Positions 55,275-63,617 of a DNA stretch of 64,000 nucleotides are shown here, one piece after another. The stretch spans positions 1 through 64,000 of the IMG/VR virus record IMGVR_UViG_3300042540_001822; one strand, 5' to 3'. Numbering within the stretch: the first letter of the stretch is position 1; each line of letters starts with the position of its first letter. Made by a program: the position numbers and the translations under genes. The notes beneath the pieces were generated by a model that made no database searches, was not told the origin of the DNA, and worked only from the letters and a program-made list of their open reading frames with translations.

Positions 55275-55475
55275 CTACTTTTTTTTCAGTAATCCAAATA
55301 AAACAATTACACCCAAAACAAAAAAAGCAAATTGTGAAAAGGAAATCCCAGACTCAATTCCTGCCAATTCTGTTAATAGCCAGTAGAAAAATCCAATTAC
55401 TAAAATATTCCACAATAAAATTAGTAGTCCTGCTAGAACTACTAATTTAATGAAACAGCCAATCAAATCACTCAT
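55275..55475 (-). CDS. small membrane protein
   Basis: Two TM segments. Confidence 0.6.
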   Translation of the reverse strand: MSDLIGCFIKLVVLAGLLILLWNILVIGFFYWLLTELAGIESGISFSQFAFFVLGVIVLFGLLKKK

Positions 55476-55918
55476 TTGATTTCTCCTTTTCTGAAGTAAA
55501 ATGGGTTTTCCATTCCAGGTGATTTTTTGATTTTGTCCAACATGTGATTGTTGAATTCAATTGCAGATTCAAATTCTGGAACATTCAATTTTTCTGATTC
55601 CACCCATTCGAAGGGTAGAACCATCATTCTGGTTGCCAGTTGGGTTTTTTCCCAGAATTTGGTGACAACATTTTCCTGCTTTGAAAAACCATCAGCTGGA
55701 GAATTGAGGTAGGCATGAAGCTGAGATGGATTGTTGGGTTTGATGATTGCAAACATTCCTTTCATAACTCCATACATAGATTCATGAACCAAACCAACCA
55801 AAACCTTGTCTCCATTCTTGGCAAGTTCTCCAAGAAGCAATTCGATAGGGGTTGGTTGATAGGTTTGACCTGAATTGTCGTTGACAATTACTGTTTGTGG
55901 TTTTTGGTTTTTGTTCAT
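55472..55918 (-). CDS. hypothetical protein
   Basis: Promoter at 55941. Confidence 0.65.
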   Translation of the reverse strand: MNKNQKPQTVIVNDNSGQTYQPTPIELLLGELAKNGDKVLVGLVHESMYGVMKGMFAIIKPNNPSQLHAYLNSPADGFSKQENVVTKFWEKTQLATRMMVLPFEWVESEKLNVPEFESAIEFNNHMLDKIKKSPGMENPFYFRKGEIK

Positions 55919-55988
55919 AAGTGGTTGTTTTTAGTAAAAGCAAATGTACAATAATTCTTAGAAAAGTAAAAATGAAACCTCATTTTTT

Positions 55989-56765
55989 TCAAATCCCCAA
56001 TTCTGCAAAATCATGAATTGTTGTACCTACTTCCTCCCCAAATACTTCTTGAATAGTTTTTAGTTCCCCATATGGAATATCCATATTATAAACAGAGATG
56101 CTATAATAAAATTCCCGATCTTCTTTGAATCCCATCTCATAAGTGAATGAATTGATTTTTTTCTCGGGTTTACTTTGGTATCTCTTCCACAATTTAAATT
56201 TGGGGTTTAGAGGTTCAACCCTCACATATTTGGAACCAGCTGAAACAACTTTAAAAACATCTCCAAGTTCATATCTTGGTCTGTAAGAATCTTTGGAAAT
56301 TAAACACAATGACCCAACCTTAAATTTCTCTTTTGCTGATTGTATTTTAGTATTCAATACTTTGTCGATTGGTAAAAAAATAATACTGTTAGCAGAAATC
56401 GTAACATTTACATTTGGTTCATCCACCAAATAACCTTTAACACACAAATTCGATTTACTTCTCACACACATTTTATACCCGTGTTTGGAAAAAGAGGGAG
56501 AGTTAATTTGAATTATTTCACCTGGTTTTACTAATTTGTAATTGATAGCACCAATGATATTTTGATTAATTTCAGTTCTAGTAGCAACAAAATACTCTTG
56601 ATAACCATACACAATTTTAGGAATCTCTAATTTTACATCTTCCATCAGAATTTCCAAAATATGGGGCGCATAACCATAGATAGCAGGTAATTCTGCTTCA
56701 AATTTTTCCCTTGTAGGTTCAAACCTAACAATGTTACGTGCTAATGAAAGTCTAGTTCTAGGCAT
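55989..56765 (-). CDS. hypothetical protein with weak C-terminal DFAELGI motif
   Basis: ORF track. Confidence 0.7.
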   Translation of the reverse strand: MPRTRLSLARNIVRFEPTREKFEAELPAIYGYAPHILEILMEDVKLEIPKIVYGYQEYFVATRTEINQNIIGAINYKLVKPGEIIQINSPSFSKHGYKMCVRSKSNLCVKGYLVDEPNVNVTISANSIIFLPIDKVLNTKIQSAKEKFKVGSLCLISKDSYRPRYELGDVFKVVSAGSKYVRVEPLNPKFKLWKRYQSKPEKKINSFTYEMGFKEDREFYYSISVYNMDIPYGELKTIQEVFGEEVGTTIHDFAELGI

Positions 56766-56817
56766 AAGATTTAATACCGTAAGAATAAAAGAATCAAGTG
56801 AACAAAAAAAATGAAAC

Positions 56818-57051
56818 CTATCTTCTATTTCTAAATACTCCCACCAAAATTAAAAACACTACCATAAAGAAAATCACATATTCTCTATCCTCTGGTTTGT
56901 TTTCAATTGCCGCTTGTATCACAATCCAAACTGATTTTCCAATTAATTGGATAACATACCAAAAGAATTTAGCAATATCTCCAAATAGGGGAACATTGAT
57001 TATAACATACCCAAAGGCAAAAAAAACCAACAACCTAAATGCTTGATTCAT
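56818..57051 (-). CDS. small membrane protein
   Basis: Hydrophobic segments. Confidence 0.55.
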   Translation of the reverse strand: MNQAFRLLVFFAFGYVIINVPLFGDIAKFFWYVIQLIGKSVWIVIQAAIENKPEDREYVIFFMVVFLILVGVFRNRR

Positions 57052-57053
57052 TT

Positions 57054-57320
57054 TTATTTGGTTTGGGTTTTCTTTAACCTTTCCTTCTTGGCCTTCTCCC
57101 TTCTTGCTATCCAGGCGAATTCAGCATTAACCCTCTTCATTTCCCGATCTGCTGCCTTCTGAAAAACGGTGGAATTAAAGGTTGATTTTTGGGGTGTTGG
57201 TTTGGGTTGATTCCTTTCGTTTTCGATTTGGGTCCAACGTAAAACTGGATCTTGGGTAACCTGTTGGGCAAAGGTTTGGATACAACAGATAAGGCAGAGG
57301 AAAAAAAGAGATGCTTTCAT
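57054..57320 (-). CDS. small protein with a signal peptide
   Basis: MKASLFFLCLICCIQTFAQ. Confidence 0.55.
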   Translation of the reverse strand: MKASLFFLCLICCIQTFAQQVTQDPVLRWTQIENERNQPKPTPQKSTFNSTVFQKAADREMKRVNAEFAWIARREKAKKERLKKTQTK

Positions 57321-57367
57321 AGGGTTGGGTTTCGCGAGCGCTGAGTATGTTAGTAATATAGTATGTT

Positions 57368-57943
57368 TTAAAATGTGTTGTTGTCAATTTGGGATTTCTC
57401 TTCCGTGTTTATCTTCGTAACTTCCTCGTCTTCGTAAGAAATTCTAATTTCAGCTTCTCCGTATTTCACAGAGGTAATTTCAAGTAAAATAGAACCACCG
57501 GGTATATTCCAATTGTACAAACAAACTACCTTGTCAAGATTAAGAGCCAACATCTCGTGACCATCTCCTTCTTCATAAGGGTTTCTAAAATAGAAATATT
57601 GATCGGAATGTGCACCGTATTTTTTGGTGAAAATTTCGATGTATTTATTCAAGGAAGCCTTGGTGTCATACCAATCTGTATGAGTCTCGGCTACCACTAA
57701 AAATTTCCAAACCAATTTTGATTTGGGAGTTGAAACTGTGTAAATCTTACCGGTTTTTCCGCCGAAAGTACCTTCCCAGGTAATAACATTACCTTTGGAT
57801 GATTTTTGAACAAATCCCTTTGCAATAAAGTTTTTCTTTGTGATTTCCAAACTTTCTCCTACCCTCATGCCGTTAAACTCGACTTGAGAGTGTGAAAGAA
57901 ATGGAATTAGAAAAAGAAGAGGGATTAAAAGAAATTTTTTCAT
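57368..57943 (-). CDS. exported protein with a signal peptide
   Basis: MKKFLLIPLLFLIPFLSHSQ, Bacteroidota-style Q after the cleavage site. Confidence 0.7.
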   Translation of the reverse strand: MKKFLLIPLLFLIPFLSHSQVEFNGMRVGESLEITKKNFIAKGFVQKSSKGNVITWEGTFGGKTGKIYTVSTPKSKLVWKFLVVAETHTDWYDTKASLNKYIEIFTKKYGAHSDQYFYFRNPYEEGDGHEMLALNLDKVVCLYNWNIPGGSILLEITSVKYGEAEIRISYEDEEVTKINTEEKSQIDNNTF

Positions 57944-57967
57944 GGGTTTGTGATTTGGAAATTAAAG

Positions 57968-58321
57968 TTAAAGTGAATATGACGATTCTTGGTTGGCAAA
58001 ATAACCAACCTCCTGTAATTCTGTGATTGCTGCCTGGTCCCATTTATCGGGAAGACCAGATTCGATTTTCAACATCCACTCAACGTGCTCCTCTTTGTCC
58101 TCATCATAAACAAGGGCCAGGTCAAGATAAGTGCCAAAGTCGTGGGGACAATGTAAGGTTTTGAATCGTGCTCCTTCGGGAGGAACACCATGAATTCGAA
58201 GTAACTGCCGGGTAAATGCCTGGACTTCTTGTCTTGCCCTGGTGGAATAATTTTCAGAGCCAATTTGGGCACATTCCTCTTCGTGAGGAACTGTGGTTGC
58301 TAATTCTAGAGTTTCTAACAT
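57968..58321 (-). CDS. conserved phage hypothetical protein
   Basis: TVPHEEECAQIG...PHDFGTY...LPDKWD. Confidence 0.75.
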   Translation of the reverse strand: MLETLELATTVPHEEECAQIGSENYSTRARQEVQAFTRQLLRIHGVPPEGARFKTLHCPHDFGTYLDLALVYDEDKEEHVEWMLKIESGLPDKWDQAAITELQEVGYFANQESSYSL

Positions 58322-58418
58322 GTGTGTGTTTTTATGAAGGTAAATGTACAAATAAACTGGGAAACAAAAAAACGAAACCCTACAAAACTAGGGATTTTTA
58401 ATCAATATTTTAAGAACA

Positions 58419-59126
58419 TTAATTAATAATAAATTTACTGAAATTACTGAATGATGTTTCAAAGTATTCATCTTCAAAGTATTTATTTGAATATTCATTT
58501 TTTTCATATGGAACATAAAATCTAACATCTTCATTTTCCATTTTTCTTATAGGAAAAATATAAGTTGTATTATGTACATATTTTGGATAATTTAATTCAT
58601 TTTGTATTAGGTCCAAAAATAAGGTTTCTTCATATTCTTCATAATATGATCCTAATTCTACTGTTAGTTGTGTTTTTAAATCTAGATTAGTCTTTATATT
58701 TTTAAGTTTATTATATTCAGTTTCTTCAAAAATATAACCATACATAGTTTTAAATTCTCTCCAATTATACATTATTTCCTTATATTCATAATTACCATTC
58801 CATTTTTCAACTAATATAACATAATATCTAATATCTTTGTAAATTAAAACTTTAGTTTGGATTGATATAAAATTTTGTTCATTATTTTTAGACATCATAT
58901 AAGAACCTTGTAAATTACTCCAAGTTTCTTTCCATTTTTTATCTTCACAAATAACATTCTTATAATCAATCCATTCTCCAATTGTATGGTTATAAGACCA
59001 ACCAATTGATGATGTTAATTGAAAGGAAGAGTCAATAAATTTCAATTTTTGTCTATTAACCCTATCTTGAGCTAAAGTTAATAACGAAAGAAAAATAAAA
59101 AAAATTGTTAAAATTTTGTGTTTCAT
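58419..59126 (-). CDS. exported protein with a signal peptide
   Basis: MKHKILTIFFIFLSLLTLAQ. Confidence 0.7.
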   Translation of the reverse strand: MKHKILTIFFIFLSLLTLAQDRVNRQKLKFIDSSFQLTSSIGWSYNHTIGEWIDYKNVICEDKKWKETWSNLQGSYMMSKNNEQNFISIQTKVLIYKDIRYYVILVEKWNGNYEYKEIMYNWREFKTMYGYIFEETEYNKLKNIKTNLDLKTQLTVELGSYYEEYEETLFLDLIQNELNYPKYVHNTTYIFPIRKMENEDVRFYVPYEKNEYSNKYFEDEYFETSFSNFSKFIIN

Positions 59127-59155
59127 GAATTCTCGTTTTTTTAAAATCCCTTTTT

Positions 59156-59371
59156 TTACATGTCTCTTTCTTCTAGAAAAGCTTGAATTTCTTCCACCAA
59201 AGCTGGATCCTCAATGGAAAAACCATCTTTGTCTCTTAACTGAAAATCTATGACCTTTCCTTTTTCATTCAACCATTCCTTATAGATAAGCTTTCCTTTA
59301 GAATCTTGAAGGATGAAGGTTTCTTCAGTAATAGGACCTGAAGTGTCGTGATTCAAAATTTCAAATCTCAT
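59156..59371 (-). CDS. hypothetical protein
   Basis: Promoter at 59393. Confidence 0.65.
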   Translation of the reverse strand: MRFEILNHDTSGPITEETFILQDSKGKLIYKEWLNEKGKVIDFQLRDKDGFSIEDPALVEEIQAFLEERDM

Positions 59372-59435
59372 GAGTGTGTGTTTTTATGAAGGTAAATGTA
59401 CAAATAAACTGGGAATCAAAAAAACGAAACCCCGT

Positions 59436-59747
59436 TTATAATTTTACAAGTTTAAATTTTTCACCACCAATTACGATTTCTTTATCTTCACAAGGTTTAG
59501 GCCGATTATCTATGATTTTACCTTTTGAATCCTCGTAGTAGATTCTATTACCTTGAGAATCCCACTCCTGCTTTGACCAATATCCATTTGAATTCTCAAA
59601 GTAGATTAATTTACCTTGAGAATTCCATTCCTTCTTTGCCCAAAATCCACCTGAACCCTCAAAGTAGATTTCTTTGCCATTCTTGTCTAGTATTGCCAAG
59701 TTTCCATTGGTCTTGAAGTCCCATTTGATTTGTTGTGCTATTGTCAT
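59436..59747 (-). CDS. 21-aa repeat family paralog 1 (2 full units)
   Basis: MTIAQQIKWDF...GEKFKLVKL. Confidence 0.8.
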   Translation of the reverse strand: MTIAQQIKWDFKTNGNLAILDKNGKEIYFEGSGGFWAKKEWNSQGKLIYFENSNGYWSKQEWDSQGNRIYYEDSKGKIIDNRPKPCEDKEIVIGGEKFKLVKL

Positions 59748-59992
59748 ACTTTTACAAGTTTAAATTTTTCACCACCGATTACAATCTCTTTACCTTCACA
59801 GGGTTTGGGTCGTTTGTCTATGATGTAACCATCTGAATCCTCATAGTAAATTCTATTACCTTGAGAATTGTATTCACGCTTTGTCCAACCTCCATTTGAA
59901 TTCTCCCAGTAGATTACTTTACCATTCTTGTCTTTGACTACCAATTCACCATTGGTCTTAAAATCCCATTTGATTTGTTGTGCAATTGTCAT
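59744..59992 (-). CDS. 21-aa repeat family paralog 2 (1 full unit)
   Basis: ATGA-coupled to its neighbours. Confidence 0.8.
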   Translation of the reverse strand: MTIAQQIKWDFKTNGELVVKDKNGKVIYWENSNGGWTKREYNSQGNRIYYEDSDGYIIDKRPKPCEGKEIVIGGEKFKLVKV

Positions 59993-60303
59993 ACTTTCAC
60001 GAGTTTAAATTTTTCACCACCAAATTCTACAATCTTACCTTCACAGGTTTTAGGTCGGTTGTCTATGATTAGACCATCTGAATCCCCAAAGTAGATTTGA
60101 TTACCTTTAGAATCGTATTCACACTTTTCCCAATCCCCATGTGAATTCTCCCAGTAGATTAATCTACCTTGAGAATCGTATTCATACTTTACCCAAAGTC
60201 CAGTTGAATCCTCAGAGTAGATTACTCTACCATTCTTGTCTTGGATATCCAAGGAACCATTGGTCTCAAAATCCCATTTGATTTGTTGTGCGATTGTTTT
60301 TAT
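59989..60303 (-). CDS. 21-aa repeat family paralog 3 (2 full units; ATA in place of ATG)
   Basis: In-frame (I)KTIAQQIKWDFETNG upstream of the track start. Confidence 0.7.
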   Translation of the reverse strand: MKTIAQQIKWDFETNGSLDIQDKNGRVIYSEDSTGLWVKYEYDSQGRLIYWENSHGDWEKCEYDSKGNQIYFGDSDGLIIDNRPKTCEGKIVEFGGEKFKLVKV

Positions 60304-60674
60304 ACTTTTACAAGTTTAAATTTTTCACCACCGATTAGGATTTCTTTACCTTCACAGGGTTTGGGTCGTTTGTCTATAATTCCACCATTTGAATTCTCGT
60401 AGTAGAGTTCATTGCCTTGAGAATCCCGTTCATACTTTGCCCAATCACCATTTGAATTCTCTATGTAGATTCTATTTCCTTTGGAATCCAGTTCCCTCTT
60501 TACCCAAAATCCACCTGAATTTTCATAGTAGATTTCATTTCCTTGGGAATCGTATTCTCGTTTTGCCCAATCCCCAAATGAATTCTCCCAGTAGATTCTA
60601 TTACCATTCTTGTCTTTGATTGTCAATTTACCATTGGTCTTGAAATCCCATTTGATTTGTTGTGCTATTGTCAT
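60300..60674 (-). CDS. 21-aa repeat family paralog 4 (3 full units)
   Basis: ATGA-coupled. Confidence 0.8.
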   Translation of the reverse strand: MTIAQQIKWDFKTNGKLTIKDKNGNRIYWENSFGDWAKREYDSQGNEIYYENSGGFWVKRELDSKGNRIYIENSNGDWAKYERDSQGNELYYENSNGGIIDKRPKPCEGKEILIGGEKFKLVKV

Positions 60675-60985
60675 ACTTTCACAAGTTTAAATTTTTCACC
60701 ACCAAATTCTACTATCTTACCTTCGCAAGACTTGGGTCGTTTGTCTTTAATTAGACCATCTGAATTCTCAAAGTAGATTTGATTGCCTCCAGAATCGTAT
60801 TCATACTTTGCCCAAAATCCATCTGAATTCTCAAAGTAGATTACTTTTCCTCGAGAATCGTATTCACGCTTTAACCAATACCCAGTTGAATCCTCAGAGT
60901 AGATTGGGTTACCATTCTTGTCTTTGATTTCCAAGGGGCCATTGGTGAAATCCCATTTGATTTGTTGTCCTATTGTTTGGTTCAT
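60671..60985 (-). CDS. 21-aa repeat family paralog 5 (2 full units)
   Basis: Start MNQTIGQQ; promoter at 61005. Confidence 0.8.
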   Translation of the reverse strand: MNQTIGQQIKWDFTNGPLEIKDKNGNPIYSEDSTGYWLKREYDSRGKVIYFENSDGFWAKYEYDSGGNQIYFENSDGLIKDKRPKSCEGKIVEFGGEKFKLVKV

Positions 60986-61088
60986 TTTCGGATTTTTACA
61001 AAGGTAAATGTAAGAATAAAAGGGGAAACAAAAAAACGAAACACACAAAAAGTCTTGAATTTAACTTCATCAAAAATTGGATTGTTTT

Positions 61089-61511
61089 TTACATATCAAT
61101 AGAGAAACAATGGTTCCAATCATCTTTTGATGGATTTTCAGAATAAAACCATGAACCATTACGGAAAAGAAAAATATTAATTGGTCTAAATAAGTCACAA
61201 TAAAACAAAAATTCATTCATGTTTTCGAAAACCTTGGCTTCTGTTCCAGTTTCTCCCTTATCTCTTTTATATGCAACTGTAATACCTACAGCGGGATTTT
61301 CAAAATCGTGTGATTGACCTTGTTCAGGAGACAATTTCTTCTCAAGATAAGATAAATCTCCTAACCCCAAAATTTGAGATGCTGCAAGTAATGAGTTGTA
61401 GTGGGTGTGAAGCATGTGACCCAATGCTTCTGTCTGACCAAATTTAGAACAGTATATCGCCTCAATAGTTCCATTTGGCATTTCAACACCTATAACTGAA
61501 TGGTTTTGCAT
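61089..61511 (-). CDS. conserved phage hypothetical protein
   Basis: IYC...G...LGHML..HY...LGDLSYL...AYKRDKGE. Confidence 0.75.
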   Translation of the reverse strand: MQNHSVIGVEMPNGTIEAIYCSKFGQTEALGHMLHTHYNSLLAASQILGLGDLSYLEKKLSPEQGQSHDFENPAVGITVAYKRDKGETGTEAKVFENMNEFLFYCDLFRPINIFLFRNGSWFYSENPSKDDWNHCFSIDM

Positions 61512-61575
61512 AATTATATTTTATTAATGAGCCAAATGTAGAAAACAAAATTGGATCAAAAAAATTAAACCCCAC

Positions 61576-61601
61576 AAAAAACCCGGTTTGAAGACCGGGT
61601 T
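61576..61601 (-). terminator. intrinsic terminator (identical copy at 62618-62643)
   Basis: AACCCGGTC-TTCA-AACCGGGTT followed by a T-run. Confidence 0.85.
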
Positions 61602-61615
61602 ATTTTGGATTGGAT

Positions 61616-62122
61616 TTAAACAACTTTGAAAATCAATGTTATTCTTGGATTCATAAACATTCCAGATCCAGATACAACTGCTTTACAGTGATTTAAGAAT
61701 TCTGGTGTGTATTTTCTCTTATCCGGGTCTTCTAAAACCTCTTCACATTGATCTTTTTCAATCTCTGGATTTTCATTAAAGTTATTTATAAAATCTTCCA
61801 ATTCCCTTTTGAAATCCTCTGGTGAGATTGAAGGATCTGCTGCAAATATTACCATTCCATTATCACGTTGACTAAGATTCATACCATTTTGGTCACCCCC
61901 AATTATTTCTTCAACACCTTGTTCAAGGTCTAATGTTTCGCCAGGGGTTGAACCTTCTAAATCACGCAGTTTTTGAGAGGGATTAGTGTGATAGGTTACC
62001 ATATAAGTGTTAGGTTGTGTCCAATCAATGGGGGAACCGTCTTTTGTGAGTTTTGAAAAATCACCAGTTGCTGTGATAATTGGATTGGTTCCAAAATTTT
62101 CGAATAATTTAATGTGTTTCAT
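61616..62122 (-). CDS. hypothetical protein with CTS-like N-terminus
   Basis: MKHIKLFENF; GATATATA at 62139-62146. Confidence 0.75.
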   Translation of the reverse strand: MKHIKLFENFGTNPIITATGDFSKLTKDGSPIDWTQPNTYMVTYHTNPSQKLRDLEGSTPGETLDLEQGVEEIIGGDQNGMNLSQRDNGMVIFAADPSISPEDFKRELEDFINNFNENPEIEKDQCEEVLEDPDKRKYTPEFLNHCKAVVSGSGMFMNPRITLIFKVV

Positions 62123-62176
62123 TTTTTTGTTTTTTTTTTATATATCTAAATGTGAGGAAGAATTTTTGGTTGGTTT

Positions 62177-62551
62177 CTATTTCAGATTCTTGGCAATAAC
62201 TTCCCATTGATTTAAAATCTCTTCCATCATATTTGTGCCATTTTTCAAAATTGCGTAGTAGCATTCTTCATATCTCAGTTCCTCAAGATTCTCCTCCAAT
62301 TCACTCACAGATTTAACCAAACCATGTGAAAGATTTTCCAAAAAATTTTCCCAATTTCTTTCAATGGGTGCATTGTTGTAGGATTTCACTTGTTCTAGGG
62401 TTTTCTGCCATACAGATTCTTCTGCTTCTTGCAAAGTTAGAAAAGTTCCAACCGGATCTTTCTCACCCCTATATAAATTGTAGTACATAACAAGGAATGG
62501 TCCTGAATTAGATGAAGCCCCAAAATTTTCGAATAATTCTACGTGTTTCAT
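62177..62551 (-). CDS. hypothetical protein with CTS-like N-terminus
   Basis: MKHVELFENF; GATATATA at 62567-62574. Confidence 0.75.
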   Translation of the reverse strand: MKHVELFENFGASSNSGPFLVMYYNLYRGEKDPVGTFLTLQEAEESVWQKTLEQVKSYNNAPIERNWENFLENLSHGLVKSVSELEENLEELRYEECYYAILKNGTNMMEEILNQWEVIAKNLK

Positions 62552-62736
62552 TTTTTATTTTTTTTTTATATATCTAAATGTAAGAAAAAATTTTGGAGCA
62601 AAAAAACCAAACCCCACAAAAAACCCGGTTTGAAGACCGGGTTCTTAATTTTTGTATTTTAAAGTTTTGTTTTTTAATTTAAGTTCTCGTTAGCACTGCG
62701 TATATACGCAAAACGTTATAAGTAATAAAACAAAAA

Positions 62737-63153
62737 TTATGAGTTTATTATATTAATTAACGATTTCTTACAATTTTCAATAACTTCATTTGAGACATAT
62801 TCATCTTTGTATGTTTTTAATTCGTCCAGGTAGAATTTTGATAATTCTTTTAACCCTTCATCCGAAGTTAGAAATCTATAACCGATCCTTCCAAGTTCAT
62901 AATCAAAATCATTATCACCCTGATTTATTTTAATAAACTTAATTAAGAAATCTTTATCAAAATTACCTTCATTTGGTTTTACTTTATATCGTTGAACTCC
63001 ACCATATAATCCTTCGTATATGGATTCAAATAAATCATGAATTCCCATCATACCTGTAAAAAAATCAATAATAATATTATTATAATTCATACTTTCTTGT
63101 TTTAGTTGTTCGTTAATAAACTGACTTAGAGTTCTTTTAATATTCTTTTTCAT
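62737..63153 (-). CDS. hypothetical protein with CTS-like N-terminus and cassette-type NS* tail
   Basis: LSQFINE; followed by GTTATAAGTAAT at 62715 and an attC-like half-site. Confidence 0.65.
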   Translation of the reverse strand: MKKNIKRTLSQFINEQLKQESMNYNNIIIDFFTGMMGIHDLFESIYEGLYGGVQRYKVKPNEGNFDKDFLIKFIKINQGDNDFDYELGRIGYRFLTSDEGLKELSKFYLDELKTYKDEYVSNEVIENCKKSLINIINS

Positions 63154-63186
63154 ATTTATTATTTTTATATGTATAGTTTTAATTTT

Positions 63187-63534
63187 TTACCCACCCACTT
63201 TTGAAATAGATGTTTTAGTTGCCCCACATTTAAAACCATCATCAAAAATCAAATTTACCATAGCACTATCATTTTTACCTCGTTCTACCCAAGTTACAGT
63301 TGCTATATCACCAGATAATGCCTTATCATATAACCCATCATGTTGTCCAGCCATATGTATTTCTCTTTTAAAATGTTTGCCTAACGCTTTTTTCATCATT
63401 TTTTCGTAGCTTTCCATTTGATTTTTAATGATTTCAGGATTGACTAAAACCTTATCACCTTTTTTAAAATCAGTAGTTATTTCTTCATTCAAGAATTGTT
63501 GCCAGTTCTTTACTTTGTTTATTTGTTCTCCCAT
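63187..63534 (-). CDS. hypothetical protein with CTS-like N-terminus
   Basis: KVKNWQQFLNEE. Confidence 0.7.
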   Translation of the reverse strand: MGEQINKVKNWQQFLNEEITTDFKKGDKVLVNPEIIKNQMESYEKMMKKALGKHFKREIHMAGQHDGLYDKALSGDIATVTWVERGKNDSAMVNLIFDDGFKCGATKTSISKVGG

Positions 63535-63617
63535 TTTTTGCTATTATTTTTATTTTTTATGTATCTAAATGTAATTAAGAATTTTTGACCAAAAAAATCA
63601 AACCCCATTTTTACAAT

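Larger units (their letters stand above)
45014..57367. promoter_or_regulatory. 23-bp operator-like motif, 3 dispersed copies
   Basis: GTATGTTAGT(G/A)A(C/T)ATA(C/G)TATGTT at 45014-45036, 49940-49962, 57345-57367. Confidence 0.75.
41585..63606 (-). promoter_or_regulatory. promoter class: GGGGTT-like 9-mer, N24, then TAnnTTT(A/G) -7 box (14 copies)
   Basis: -7 boxes start at 41585, 44602, 48397, 48921, 49541, 51757, 52248, 55202, 55941, 58341, 59393, 61005, 61533, 62575, 63566; the 9-mer is always 24 nt away (61005 copy degenerate). Confidence 0.8.

Noticed and set aside
59436-60985. Diversity-generating retroelement reading of the paralog array
   Set aside because: No reverse transcriptase in the window; many differences are synonymous and not limited to adenines
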